NCBI GenBank assembly: GCA_964234715.1 | Contig: OZ174276.1 | Reading direction: 5' to 3' (one strand) | Length of the DNA: 64,000 nt | From: Podarcis melisellensis | Taxonomy: Eukaryota | Shown here: piece by piece, positions 44,301-57,360 of the stretch | How positions within the stretch are numbered: the stretch's first letter is position 1 | How the letters are laid out: every line of letters starts with the position of its first letter | Position numbers and translations under genes: made by a program | The notes under the pieces: model-generated | What the model saw: only the letters and a program-made list of their open reading frames with translations | The model's database searches: none | Told to the model about the DNA's origin: nothing

Positions 44301-47300
44301 TGTGCACCAAAGTACCATAACATCTGTTGTTGCACGACATGGATTCCACATACAAAGTTTTCGTTCACAGAGCAAAGAAAGCACTAGCATTAAGTGAACC
44401 TTAAAGTGTATATGTATACTGGGGAAGGTCAGTATAAAGAAAGAGGTGACTATTTATAACTGCTCCAGCTGATGGTTCTTTCTCTGGCCTGCACAGGTTG
44501 GTGAAAGGGATGAATTTCTCCGTGGTAGTGTTTGACACAGCACCCACTGGGCACACACTACGGTTGCTCAATTTCCCCACCATCGTGGAGCGGGGGCTAG
44601 GCCGCTTGATGCAGATAAAGAACCAGATCAGTCCCTTCATATCGCAGGTAAAATGGGAGAGGAGCCAGAAAAATGAGGCGTTCCTGGAAAGAAGACCATG
44701 CCAGACATCTTTTTAAAAAAATTTCCACCATGTGGCATTTTGCAAGCTTTTGCATGGACCCTAGTATTATTCTTGCAACACTCGGGAGCAACATGAAATA
44801 ATTGATTTGATTTGTTGGGTTGCTTGCAGGACACAGTAGCACATATTGCCCTTGGAGTATTGGGCTTTGTCACTCTGAGTTGAGCTGATAAGCAAGTTTT
44901 GCTTATCCCCTCCTCTGTTGCTTGCAGGACATGTAGGGGTGACTTGTTGTCTGTTAATAGAAATCTCTCATTGCAACTCCCTCTCTGTTGTTCACTAGAT
45001 GTGCAACATGCTTGGCCTGGGAGACATGAATGCTGACCAGCTGGCCTCCAAGCTGGAGGAGACCCTTCCTGTCATCCGCTCAGTCAGTGAGCAGTTCAAG
45101 GATCCGGCAAGTATTCTGCAAAGATGAGGGGTTTGGGGGGGGGGAGACTTCACTCTTGGCAAAGGTGAATTTGGAATGTATAGTAAGATGAAACATGCTT
45201 ACATTTGTGACCGCTTCACTAGATTTAACATTAATTAATTCAGTTAGCTATATTTATATACTTGTTTTTTATAATTTTGCAAAACTTTTAAAATTGTCTT
45301 CTCAAATGTAATATTCATTTTCAGTCCATTCAATAGTTGCAGTCTTCCAGATGATATTAGTTCATTAGAATGATCAGGCTAAAGATGACTTCTCTCATAG
45401 CATAATATTCTATCAAGTAATGAAAAAGAACACTGAAATGTAGCTGGTTAATGTTTGGAAGTAGCTAGAGATCAATTTCTGCTTAGTTCATTCCATGAAA
45501 CAGCAACAAGGTCAGGTCAGGTCAAAATGAATGCTATTTAAATCTAGATAGGGGCCATGTTTGCATGTAATGATAAGCCAGACTTTCTTCCATTCTGTGC
45601 GCACGATAATCAGATTGAATACTTGGATTCTTTCCTACATCTGAACCGGGAATCATGGTTTGTTGCTCTACATCTGAACCAGGAGTCATGGTTTGTTGCT
45701 CTCTAATATGCCATGATCAGCAAGTCAGCAACAAACTATGTTCCATGATAGGGTGACTTCAGTTTCTCTCACACAGGCTGGGCATATTTGTGTTCCAGTC
45801 ATGACAAGAAGGTAACAAACAAACAAACAAACAAACAAAGTTCACCCATTACTACGGAATCTCATCCTTTGTATTTATAGAATCATATAATTGTAGAGCT
45901 GGAAGGGATCCTGAGTCATCCAGTCCAACGTCCTGCAATGCAGGAATTTCTGCTAAAGCATCCATGACAGACGACTGTCCAACCTTTGTTTTAAAACCTC
46001 CAGTGAAGGAGAGCCCACCACCTTCCAGTGGAAAGTTCTTCCTGATGTTTAGTCGGAATCTCCTTTCTTGTAACTTGAATTCATTGCTCCATCTTCCATG
46101 TGACAGCCCTTTACATATTTGAAGATGTAAATGATATTATGATATATTATAGTATGTCTCCGGTGCTAAATTTATCTAGAGGCCTCTGTGTTGCCACCCA
46201 CAACTATTCTGTGGGAGAGTTTGCTCATTTGGCGATTTCTGGCTTTTTGGACTCTATGCCCTCTTTAAATGTGCAGAGCATGACCACTTCCAGTATACCC
46301 TTTCCTGTCCTCCTTATAGAATTTGAATTCTAAGATAACCACATCTCACTGGTTATCTCCATTCAACCAGGTTTCCATTATTCCAACAACACATATGCTC
46401 TCTTTAAGATCGAGCACTCAAGCTCACAAATCTTGGTTCTTCCTGCAAGGAGCTTGTAATACAATTTTGACAGTAGGGGGAGTCCGTGCATGACTGCAAG
46501 CAAATGTAGTAAACTTAAGTTTTATTTGTAGAGCAGGGTTATCGCTAGGTAATCCTTATTTACTGTCATTGTCCATTTGGCGTGTAGTTTGCTTGCCTCC
46601 AAAGTTCAGATGTCACAATAACCTAGGTTCTGGCTTATTTTGCAGCAAGAGCAGGGAAGGTGTGGAGCAATAAATATGCATGCTGCATATTTTGATTAAA
46701 CCATAGTTTGTTCTAATATAATGTTCAAACCAGGCCAGGGCATCCAGATACTTTTCCTGATCTTTCCAACTGTAGCAGCGATCAGTTTGAAAATAGAATC
46801 TTCCAGTTAGAGTGAAGTTGCTACGTGCCGAAAAGAATGAGACCTGAAATGGGAATTTTCTGACCCAACTTGGATTGGGGCTGGATCAGGAAGACCACCT
46901 GAGGGGGGAGGAGCATGTCACATACACAATCCTTCATAGCACCGACAAGTCTACATTTTGCAAGTGTTTTCCATTCATGGCAGCTCCTCTGCTAATGTAC
47001 ACTTACACTGACAGGAAACAGCTGGTACTGGCTGGAGTGATTTTTGGAATTGGTGGGGTGAGGAGTTCAACTCTGGTACAGTTGTACCCTGGAGGTTGAA
47101 TGCTTTGCAAGATGAACGTTTTGGTGCCCGAACTTTGCAAACCCAGAAATGATTGTTCCAGTTTGCAAATGTTCTTTGGAACCCAAACGTCTGTCATGGC
47201 TTCTGATTGGCTGCAGAAGCTTCCTGCAGCCAATTAGAAGCTGTACCTTGATTCCAGAACATTTTGAAAGTCAAGCGGACTTCCGGAACGGAATCCGTTC

Positions 47301-50300
47301 GACTTCCAAGGTACAACTGTATTAGCATATTAGTTTATTCTTTATTAAGCCCACAGTCTGCTTCATTCAGATCCTGGGAAACCAAGTAATATGTCTAAGC
47401 CAGTCAGTCACCCTGGTGGCATTTCTTTTTTTGCAGGGTTTGTGCTTTGTTTTCTGGCTTTGGGTTGCTGAGTATTGGCTGTAGTTTCAGAAGGAAACCT
47501 AAAGAGATAGAAACATAAATCTTAAACAGTTGTTCAACTTGTGAATCTCAGCTAGTGGAAGCTATTGCATACTATTACTACACTGGTTCTTGTGCATTCT
47601 TATGTGACCAATGTGCTCCACGGCTGCTATAACAGCTGATATGGTAAAGGAGCAGGAATGAAGGGATTGCATGCCTCCTGGCTCTCTTTTTGCCCCAAAG
47701 GCATAGAAGAACATTGTGTTTCTCTTGCAAAAATGTTGCAAATCTCATTGTGTTGTAAACTGCTCTAGTTGATCCCCTGTGAACATTACACTTTCTTACT
47801 ACACTCTTGCTCAGACTAATTTTTTTAAAAAATTAAACTTTATAACATTTAATAAAGGAAGTGAAGTAAAAATCGGGACAAAATGAGAAGCGGTGGGTAG
47901 CGGGGTCCCATCGGCTCACATTTCTTTCTAGCTTAGAGGAATAATAATAATAAAGCTTTGTCTCCCAGCTGTTAGCTGAACAAACTTTCACCACTGGCCA
48001 TATGGGCAGGTAGGGAGTTGTCGACAACAGACGAGTTATTTGATGCAGGAATGCTGCATTGGATCTTCATGTTTTGACTGAAGGATAGAATAGGCCAGCA
48101 GGCATCTCTAGTAATAGAAGCGTTCCTTAACTTCTGAAAACATTATTTGCAAATCCAGGTGTGGCTATAATTGTCAGGACTTTTGCCTGCCACCCACCCT
48201 GTTTCTAATTGCTTGGAATGTATCTTGTAAAGATGGGCAAGGGTTTTGAAGGAAACGGGATGGGACATGACTTTAGGGAGCTATTTGTAGGGCACTGAGG
48301 TGGGCATGTCAGCCTTGTCCTTTGTATTGTTTGCATGTTAGAGTAGTTAAAGGCTGGGTTTCTGCATTTAATTGTCCATTTTGCTATTAATTATGCGAGG
48401 GTGGGTGTTCCTTAGGCAAAGTATCGTGACCAAGTCTAGCAACAATCGGGCAGAGACAAAGAATTTAACCGTGCAACTAGCCACTTCGCTGGTCACCTCA
48501 AGTGAGCGATTGCCTTAAATGGCCAGGTGAATTTCCAGTCTTCTACTGGAAACTGGGGGCAGGATTCAGCTAATAAGTCCCACAAGTGGAAGCCCTAACA
48601 AATATTTGCCCTAATTCAACAGGGCTCCCCCCCCCCCTTTGCAGCCCCAGAATTGCACATGGGGTGGAGAGAGAGGGGATTGTTCTGTCTGGCAGGCTGA
48701 AATGCTTGAGCTGGCAAAAACATTTGCCATAGAGCTGCGTTGAATTCCTCTGTGTGTGCTATGGGTTGCTCCTGCCTTTAAGCTAAAACTCTTAAGGCTG
48801 GAAGAAGAGGCAGCCTCATAAACATATTCTGGTCACTTTTCGTTCCTTTCTGTCCTTCTAGCAAGTGGAGGAACTGAAAGAATATGGGGGCTAGCAGCCT
48901 CTTTGGGTGCTTTCCCCCTTTGTCTGGCTCCTGGTGGAGCTGCACTGGCTCCTGGTGGAGTACAGGATCAGGTTTAAGGTGCTGGTTTTAACCCTTAAAG
49001 CCCTATACAGCCTAGGACCCTCGTACCTATGGGTCCATCTCTCCTAGTATGTCCCACAAAGGACCTTATGGTCTGTAAATAACAACACCCTGAAGATTCC
49101 GGGCCCCAGGGAGATTAGACTGACCAGGGCCACGGCCTTTTTGGCTGTGGCCCCGGCCTGGTGGGACGCTCTCACAAGTGACCAGGGCCCTGCAAGATTT
49201 GACATTCTTCCGCAGGGCCTGCAAGATGGAGCTGTTCCACCAGGCCTTTGGTCAGAGTTCAGTCTGACTCATTTTCTCTTTGTATAAGAACAAGCACGAA
49301 GGAGGTTTCCCAGCCTGCTCACAGGTCCTTATACAGTGGTGCCTCGCAAGACGAAATTAATTTGTTCCACGAGTCTTTTCGTCTTGCGCGGTTTTTCGTC
49401 TTGCGAAGCACAGTCAGTCGCAACTGCACCTCTTCAAGCGGTTTTAAGAAAAAAGGAAACAAACTCGCAAGACGTTTTCATCTTGCAAAGCAAGCCCATA
49501 GGGAAAATCGTCTTGCGAAGCAACTCAAAAAACAAAAAACGCTTTCGTCTTGCGCGTTTTTCGTCTTGCGAGGCATTCGTCTTGCGAGGTACCACTGTAA
49601 TATCAGTGGAAACAGTTGGTCCTGGCGAGTATTAACCACTTTCAATTTTAACCTGAGGATTGTCGTTTGTCCAGTTTTAATTTTAATTTTAATTTATTTG
49701 AATTAATTTTGGGATGCATTTTAATCAATTGATTGCTTGTTTTTATGCATATTGTATTATTTATATGATGTTATATGATGTTAGCCGCTCTGAGCCCGGC
49801 TCCGGCTGGGGAGGGCAGGGTACAAATAAAAATTTATTATTATTACTATTATTTATTATATGAGCTAAGAAACAAGGCAGGGTGCATAAGTGCTGTGTCT
49901 CCTTTTTCTGTGCCTATCCTAGATAAGCAAGGAAATTACCAGCTGCCCAAGTGCCCTACAGTAGCCATTCTTCTCAACCATGCTGGTGAAAGGATAGTTC
50001 CAGATTCTGTAGACGTGATCTGTGTGCCTTCTGAACTTAACTGGAAAAGATGGGATTGCAATGGCTGATCCCCTGTACCCAGAGATAGACGTGACATATG
50101 CTGTGGACTATGTGAACAGGTGTTCAGGTGGCAGATAACCTGAGGACAAGTGGCCATATTGCTTCCTGAGGGGCAACAGCTTTTGTTGCTTTGCCCTCTG
50201 GCTTTATTCCTCTAAAAATATCATGGTGGTGGAAGGAATGCAGAAGCTGAGAATTTAAGGTGGAAACAGGGACTGTGGGGGAGACAGCAGCACACAGGTG

Positions 50301-51921
50301 ACTCCCAGGGATGGGAGACCAGCTCCTACCATTTTATTTGCATTTGTGAACTAATGGCACTTTATCCCCTCCCCAGGAACAAACAACATTCATCTGTGTT
50401 TGTATTGCTGAGTTCCTGTCCCTGTATGAAACAGAGCGGCTCATCCAGGAGTTGGCCAAGTGCAAGATCGACACCCACAATATCATAGTCAATCAGTTGG
50501 TCTTCCCTGACCCAGAGAAGCCCTGCAAGATGTGTGAGGCCCGGCACAAAATCCAGTCCAAATACCTTGACCAGGTATGGCTAGAGACTGAACAGGCTAG
50601 AGATTTTTCAGTGTCCATTTTGGGGAAGTGGCAGCAGTCAGGCACCAATCTAAGCCTGGGGATCTGCTTTACATTGATTTAGCCCACTGGTCCATCTTGT
50701 CTGGTCCTAATATTGTCTCCTTGGACTGTTAAGGTCTCTGAGTTGCATACCTAACTTTATAACTCCCAGCCCTTTTGGTCAATATTACTTTAAACTTCTG
50801 AATGGTTGAAGTTTGCTATTCTACTTTTACCTTCAGCTTCAGAATTCTTGTCTCCCAGCATTCCCCTTTCCATTGCCACGGCAAGTGTTTAGCTTTTCTA
50901 GAGGGGTGCAAATATCCAGGTGAACAGTAGCCACTGGCAGTTTAAGAAATGGGTCCTGCAACTGTCTTGCTGTAGAAGGCAGGAAGCGGGTCTCCTCCAT
51001 ATGTGCTGCTCTTTGTGGAATCTGGCCTTCAGGTGGAAATGTGGAATTTTTCTCTTCTATAACTTTTATCTCTGTTCAGTCCAACCTCACTATTATTATT
51101 CTTTGAAAATGAAAGGGAATGTTTACTAGTAAACTGAGTAGTTTTTGTCCAGGGAAAATATGCAGACCTTCCCCAATGCCTCCACAGACAGGCTTCACTT
51201 TTCTCTGCCATTTTGTTGCTTCTGCTTCTTCTGTATTCCATTTTGCTTTTTCTACACTCTCCTTTTCTTTCTCTTTGAATGATCTTTGCAGCCTTTGTAT
51301 CCATCCACCTCTTTCTAATCATGGTATCCTTTTTCTGTGACTTCCACCCTTGCCATCTCTTCATTCATTACTCAGCCTGAAAAGTTGTGGGGATGTTTTA
51401 CACATTTTTCTTGGGCCAAAACCTCCATTTCCCACTCCAGTTGTCCTATCGCCTCTTCAGTACTATGTACTCTGTTTTTCTTTCTGCCACTTGTGCCTTT
51501 TCCATGTGTCCTTCCTTTCTTCACTCAGTAAACCAAGGGATGGTTAATCTGTACCAGGTCTTCCAAGGGCCCAGCAGTAAAGCTGTTCAAAATTAGTTTA
51601 AGATTGCCATTAGATTGCAAGAGGATTACTTTTCTTAGTGCCGCTGCGAAGAGGGTCCTCCAAAGTCAACAGAGCACACTTTCCAACCAAGCAGGGAACT
51701 GCTGCTGAGATTCTTCCATCTTGATTCCCAATAAGAAGTTTGTAATAGTCAGATGCTCCTTTTGACTTGTCTTTCTTTTCCTCCTCCAGATGGAAGACCT
51801 CTATGAAGACTTTCACATTGTAAAGCTTCCACTCTTGCCCCATGAAGTGCGAGGGGCTGATAAAGTCAACACCTTTTCAAGTCTTCTACTGGAGCCCTAC
51901 AAGCCACCCAGTGCAAAATGA
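41190..51921 (+). CDS. GET3: GET3/ASNA1 (TRC40) tail-anchored protein targeting ATPase (349 aa, 7 exons)
   Basis: Exons 41190-41353, 42565-42712, 43098-43246, 44497-44647, 44999-45106, 50377-50574, 51790-51921 (1050 nt). Deviant P-loop [15 protein letters not shown] switch I, DTAPTGH switch II, CKMC Zn motif. Intron 5 uses a GC donor. Confidence 0.97.
43718..44153. mobile_element. Non-autonomous hAT element (CAGTGTT family), copy 3
   Basis: TIRs cagtgttagaaa / ttctgaacactg, degenerate TSD tacagggt/tacggggc. Interior matches 21673-22011. Confidence 0.82.
45636..45702. repeat. 33-bp tandem duplication (2 copies)
   Basis: tacatctgaaccRggaRtcatggtttgttgctc occurs twice in tandem. Confidence 0.85.
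45878..46095 (-). mobile_element. CR1 LINE 3' end fragment
   Basis: tagaatcat...agagctggaagggatcc...ccagtccaac is the reverse complement of a CR1 3' terminus. Confidence 0.65.
47079..47319. mobile_element. Tc1/mariner-type MITE
   Basis: TA-flanked TIR cagttgtacc / ggtacaactg. Inverted homolog at 52915-53155. Confidence 0.85.
48935..49860 (+). mobile_element. L2 LINE 3' fragment with (TAT)n tail, interrupted by a MITE
   Basis: Encodes [24 protein letters not shown] (L2 C-terminal motif). TAT-repeat tail at about 49835-49860. Confidence 0.75.
49334..49597. mobile_element. Tc1/mariner-type MITE (same family as 16265-16619)
   Basis: TA TSD, TIRs cagtggtgcctcgcaagacg / cgtcttgcgaggtaccactg. Confidence 0.9.
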
Positions 51922-52352
51922 AACCCCTATGGACTGGCTCCCACTGATATCCCCTCTGTACCATTCCGTGCTTCCCCTTTCCCACCCCTTATCTGCTGGA
52001 ACTCCTCCCCTTCCAGCAGCCTCTCTTCTACAGAAATTGTGTGGTTGAGAGGCTTGTGGTGGGGTTGGAAGAGGCAGAATTTGGTGTTCCCACTTGTTTC
52101 TGCCCTAATCCTGTTCCTTAACATCTTGGAACATCCCAAAAGTGATCTACACCTTACATCCTTTCTCCTCACTTAACCAGCTAGCTAAATTAAACTTGGG
52201 TCACTTTTTGTTTCTCTTCCACTCCTTGGATCATGTCTCCTTGGATCATGTCTCCAGCCATTCTGGCTGGAGTCCTAAGTCAGGTGCTATGATGACACAG
52301 AGACTGACATTCTTGCAGCACTAAGGCCATCCGTGCTAATGGGAAGTATGTA

Positions 52353-52358
52353 AATAAA
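52353..52358 (+). terminator. Probable GET3 polyadenylation signal
   Basis: AATAAA about 430 nt after the stop, with U-rich sequence downstream. Confidence 0.65.
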
Positions 52359-52689
52359 CTGTAAGGGAAAGTAATTTGCTGTTTTTCATCTATCAGGCTG
52401 CCACTTTAATTTATGCTGGGGAATTTTCAGCAGGGGACAATTTCAAGTTCTGCAAGGGAAACTAAGAAGCATCTTGAAAATCTCCTGCTTAAGGTTGTGA
52501 AATGGGTCCAGAATGAAGATACTGTCTCACAAACAGGGATTGGAATAGAGATGTGGCAGTTGAAAAATATGCCTCCCTATGCTTTCTGAGCATATATATA
52601 CATTCTAGTCGCCTGGAGTGTCAGTATTATCATAGCATATATGGTCCAAAGTATGTGTATATAGAGCAGTCTATGGCTGAGACAAAATT

Positions 52690-52865
52690 CTCAATAGGAG
52701 AGCATCATTTTTGCATGGAGAAAGTACTAGGTTCGTTCCCCAGTATCCCCAGGTTGAGTTGGAAGATCTCTCTGAAATCCTAGAGAGCCACTGTGTGTCA
52801 GTGTAGACGGTCCCGAGCTAGATGGGCCAATAGTCTGACTCAGTATACGGCAGCTTCCTGTATTC
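52690..52865 (+). mobile_element. tRNA(Ala)-related SINE (Squam2/Anolis SINE2-like); related copies at about 54495-54690 (+), 55855-56030 (-), 60240-60405 (+), 6100-6300 (-)
   Basis: Shared degenerate head (agagcat..ttgcatg.agaag...ggttc) and tail (tagatgg.ccaat.gtctgactcagtata.ggcagcttcct). Confidence 0.65.
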
Positions 52866-52914
52866 CCAACTGCTGTTCATTGAACTGTTGTTGGGTTTTC
52901 TTTTTTCAAAAGTA

Positions 52915-53155
52915 CAATCATACCTTGGAAGTTGAACAGAATCCGTTCCAGAAGTCTGTTCGACTTTCAAAATATTCAGAAACCAAAGTGCGGCTTCTGA
53001 TTGGCTGCAGGAGCTTCCTGAAGCCAATCAAAAGCCCCGTTGGATGTTTGGCTTCCAAAATAGTTCGCAAACCAGAACACTCACTTCCAGGTTTGCTGCG
53101 TTCAGGAGCCGAAACGTTGGGAGAACTAAACTGTTTGAAAACCAAGGTAAAACTG
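52915..53155. mobile_element. Tc1/mariner-type MITE (inverted relative to 47079-47319)
   Basis: TA-flanked, with shared central palindrome gcttctgattggctgcagRagcttcctg.agccaat. Confidence 0.8.
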
Positions 53156-55067
53156 TATCCCATTGTATGATCAAATGGATGGGAGCAAGCTTGACTGCCT
53201 GTTCTCATTTTAGAGGAAACTGGAAAATAAACTTGACTTAAAAATGCAATGGACCATTTAATGGGAGTATTATATGACCATGGGAATTGAGGTGGGTAAG
53301 CTAGCAAAGCATGATCCACCATAACTACTTTGGTGCTTAGGGTGGCAGGCTCCCATTGCACCCTCAAAGCTTAGGCCTTCCTTAGCATGGCTGAACTCAG
53401 AGTAAATTGATTACCAGATAAGTAAAAGATTTCAACTCTGCATCATTCTAGGAATCTTAAAAAATCACAACATGTAGAGGCAGCTGAATTCTTTGGTACT
53501 CTAAGTCTTTCGTGGGAAATGGCATATGTGGGTACATCGACTGTGCTGCACTGACTTTGTATTATGTGTGGTTTTCAAAATGCCAAGGAATTAGGAAACT
53601 GGTGCAGGTGTTTAAAGATACTTTGTTTTAATTTATGTAAAAGCATTTCTAAACCAATTAAATATTTTAAAAATCTCTAAGCAGTATACAAAAATCCAAC
53701 ATTAAAAGTGTGTAAACCAGTATTATAAAAAAGGATACCTATTTTAATTAGGCCTATTATTCATTTTCTGGCTCCCTTTTTTATTAATCAGGGTATGACA
53801 GTGAAATTGGAAGGTCTAGAGAGAGTCCCAGTTTTCCCACAGAACCTCAGCAGCCGCATCTGGTTCTCTCTGCCTTTATTTCTTTGCCTGTGGGAGGGAT
53901 AAGCATAGAAGCACTTTTCATTGACAGTGTCTCAGCTTTGTAATTGTAGGAGTTGTGGAACAAATGCTTGTTGCATAGCTAATACATGAAAAAAGTAGCT
54001 TGTAGAATGAGAGTTACGGTTACTGAATAAACCCAAAGTCTCTCTGGATGGCAGGATCTGCCTAACCAGCCCAGTCAGAACAGCCCTGCACTTCAGATTG
54101 TGCCACAGGGCTTCCTTTGCTCCCCCCACGTGCCCCCCGCAATTGGCTATTGGGAGGAGGGTTGGCATAACCCACAGAACAGCCCATGGGGGGCAGAGAG
54201 GAGACTGTTCCATCTGGCAAACTGCAATGCTTATGCAGACAGAACAGCTGGAAGAGCATGTCAAAAACACCGCCGAAATCCTTGCAGGTCTTTCAGTCCT
54301 ACTGTAAACCAAGGCATGAATGAATTCGCAATTCTGCACAGTACTTGAGGGCTGCATCACATGCAGTCTGGAGAGATTAACAGTTTGTATGAAGGCAGGA
54401 TCCTAGAAGCATGTAATTTACAGAATACAGAACTTTGTCAGGTGAGTGGAAACAACTTTAATCTTCTGGGAAATAAAAGTTTGAAAAGTAGGGTTGTACC
54501 ATAGCTCAGAGGTAGACTGCATGATTAGCTTGCTTGCATAAGGTCCCTAGTTAAACCTGGCATGCCCATTTAGAAGGATCAGGCAGTTGATAATGTGAAA
54601 GACCTCTTGCCTAAAGACCCTGGAGAGTCAGAGTGGGCAATATTTGGCTAGGTGAGCAAATAGTCTGACCTGGTTCAAGGCAGCTTCCTTGGTGGAATAT
54701 GTTGGCTATAATGTCAATTGCATATTAGCACAAGTGTGTCTAGTTTGCTGTTCTACCAAGACACAGTTTACATGTTTTCCTCCATGTATATACTAAGAAC
54801 TAATGTGAAGTTGCGTCTCCAAGAAGGTATATGGACCCTTCCACAACTGCACATTCTTAAAACAGTAGGATGTTAAAGTGAGCAGGCAGACGACGTACAT
54901 AAACTCTCAGGTTTCCATGCCTTGAAAGGTAGCTGGCCAGAGTTTGGCAGAGGAGCTGGACTGTTGGAGTCCTGCTTATGTTTGATATTTCAGGGCTATA
55001 TTTTTCCTGAATTTAAGACAGAATAAGGAGGTGGGGAACTTACAATGTCACCCAATGCTGTCATGAT

Positions 55068-55203
55068 TTGTTGTTGTTTGCCGTTTAGTCGTGTCAGACT
55101 CTTCGTGACCCCATGGACCAGAGCACGCCAGGCACTCCTGTCTTCCATTGCCTCCCGCAGTTTGGTCAGGCTCATGTTAGTAGCTTTGAGAACACTGTCC
55201 AAC
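55068..55203 (-). mobile_element. RTE-BovB LINE 3' end (5'-truncated)
   Basis: Encodes LDSVLKATNMSLTKLREAMEDRSAWRALVHGVTKSLTRL, followed by a (CAA)n tail; typical BovB C-terminus. Confidence 0.88.
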
Positions 55204-57293
55204 AATGAGGCAGAAAACTACAAAAGGAGGAGTAGCTTGATATTGGATATTAAAGGCATGCCATTTTGGATTGCAAGCTAGTATGTCTCTGGGGCAGTCT
55301 TCCATAAATCATACATCCTATCCAAAGTAGAAACGTTTCTCAAATGTTTTAGTAATGTAAACATTTCAAGCATGAGGTAATTCAGTTGACTTGTGTTTTC
55401 ATAACATCCTGGCTAACTGACTTTCGTTTACTAGTGTCCCAATAACCATTAACGACTTGATGCGGGATACAGACCTGCCCTTTTTTGGCTCCTGCCCCAT
55501 TCTTGCCAGAGGACTGAAATGGGATCATCATTTATAGCAAGGACACCAGTAATATATTTTAAAATGACAGCCAGCCAGCTTTTGCTTCTGCCAACAGGAT
55601 CTCACTGGGAGCCCCAGCCAAGGACAGGAGCTGAGCAGGAGTGGGATGCAAGTCCTTGTTCTAGAGTGTGGTATTAAGTTAAAAAGTGGATGTCACTGAG
55701 ACATACCTTTTGTTTGCTTTCCTGCTTTGGATCTAACTGGGAAGTCCAGATGTTTAGAAAGCCTTGTGTTTTTTCCATAAACTACTAAGTATTCCACTTC
55801 CCTACACTGTTGAAATAGGTGCTGGAGAAAGGCTTGGAGGTGTCAGTGAATCCAGGGAGCTGCCTTATACCTTTGGTCAATCTCTAGCTTAGTATTGTCC
55901 ACACTGAATGACAGTAGCTCTCCAGGATTTTTTGGCTGTGAATCTTTTCCAGTCCTATCTGGAGGTGCCGAATCTGAGACCTTCTGTGTGCAAAGCAGAT
56001 GCTCCTCCATTGTGCTACAGCCCTTCCCCATAAAACTTCCAGGAGGCTGGAGTATTCAAATTTCAGTCTGGGTGAAAATGTAGGTAAAATAGCACCAGCC
56101 ACTGTAGCATCTGTGTGATAAGATTTATTGGCCTCTCTGTTCTATAGAATGCTTACAGATGGAACTGTCCTGCTTGAAGTCTTGAGGCTGATACTCCTTT
56201 TCTGTAGCCTTCTAGTTTCCACATCTGGATAGGGAGCTGGCTTTTAAAAGCTCCTGGTTCTCAAGCCCACTTTAAAGCAGTCAAGCCATACTGAGACCAG
56301 AAATATCCCCCCTCCCCCAAAAGGGTAGAGCCTAGGGATGAAACATTCTACCCCAACACTGGAAAAAAGTGCTGGGCTTCTGGCAACAACAGAAGGGCTC
56401 GAAATCTAGATACGTAGCACCCACGCCCCTGCCCTTGCCTCTATATTTCATCTTCTCAAAATGTGTTAAAATCATACCTGGCATATTCTCCAGAATCACC
56501 TGTCTGATTGGGTTGTTTTTTTAAAAACCCTTTTTATGAGGCTAACAAATTTGCTAGTTATACAGCAGGATCTGAAACTTTATAAAAGTGGACTTAGAAG
56601 TATTCCTGTATGACACATTGAAGAATGTACAAATTTGTGTGGGTCCCAAAATGTAGAAAAAAGTATTTCTGGAATGGGAGACTAAGGAAATGAATTCCTT
56701 TGGAATTGCTTTTATCTTCTTGCTCTCTTGCATAAGTAAAAGCAGCTGTTCCTATTTTTAATCTGGCAAATGCTAGATAATGATAATATGCATCGGCAGG
56801 TGAACAAGGACAATTTTTTTCAAGGGTTGTTTTTAAACCTCAAAGCCCAGGGGGTAAGCCTCCCTCCCTCCCTTCTTGGGTAACCACAATGTTTGGCAGC
56901 GGCTGCAGATTCATTTCTTTCCCCCCTTCAGTACTGCGTGCCAGCTTAGCCCTGTTCCTTCCCCACCCTCTCCCGGAACTGGCTGCCATTAGTATGTGAA
57001 CCACATTATGAAACATAGCGTCTTGTAGGTGTGTGCAACGGCTTTATATGTGTGTTGTTCAGCTCAGACGGATGCCCGGGGTGGTGGTGGTGGCAGCAGC
57101 AGCATTACGTAAGCTGCTCCTTTGGTCCTGTCTAGAACTCGGCGTCTGCCCCAGCAAGAGGTTGGGGAGCTCATTAGCACCAGCTGCTTAGCCAAGCGAC
57201 CCAAAACATCCCAGCATGGCCACAGCTGTACTCTGAGAGGGAAATGCTGCCTTCCATCAAGCAAAAACACTACAGATTTGTCAATGACCACAC

Positions 57294-57296
<3 letters not shown>

Positions 57297-57334
<38 letters not shown>

Positions 57335-57360
57335 TGCCTGTCTGTCTCTGTCTCTGTCTC
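57297..57360. repeat. (TG)n microsatellite followed by degenerate (TCTG)n
   Basis: Seen directly. Confidence 0.93.

Noticed and set aside
54495-54570. tRNA-like sequence (also near 52700 and 60240)
   Set aside because: Degenerate SINE heads followed by SINE body; cannot form a full cloverleaf.
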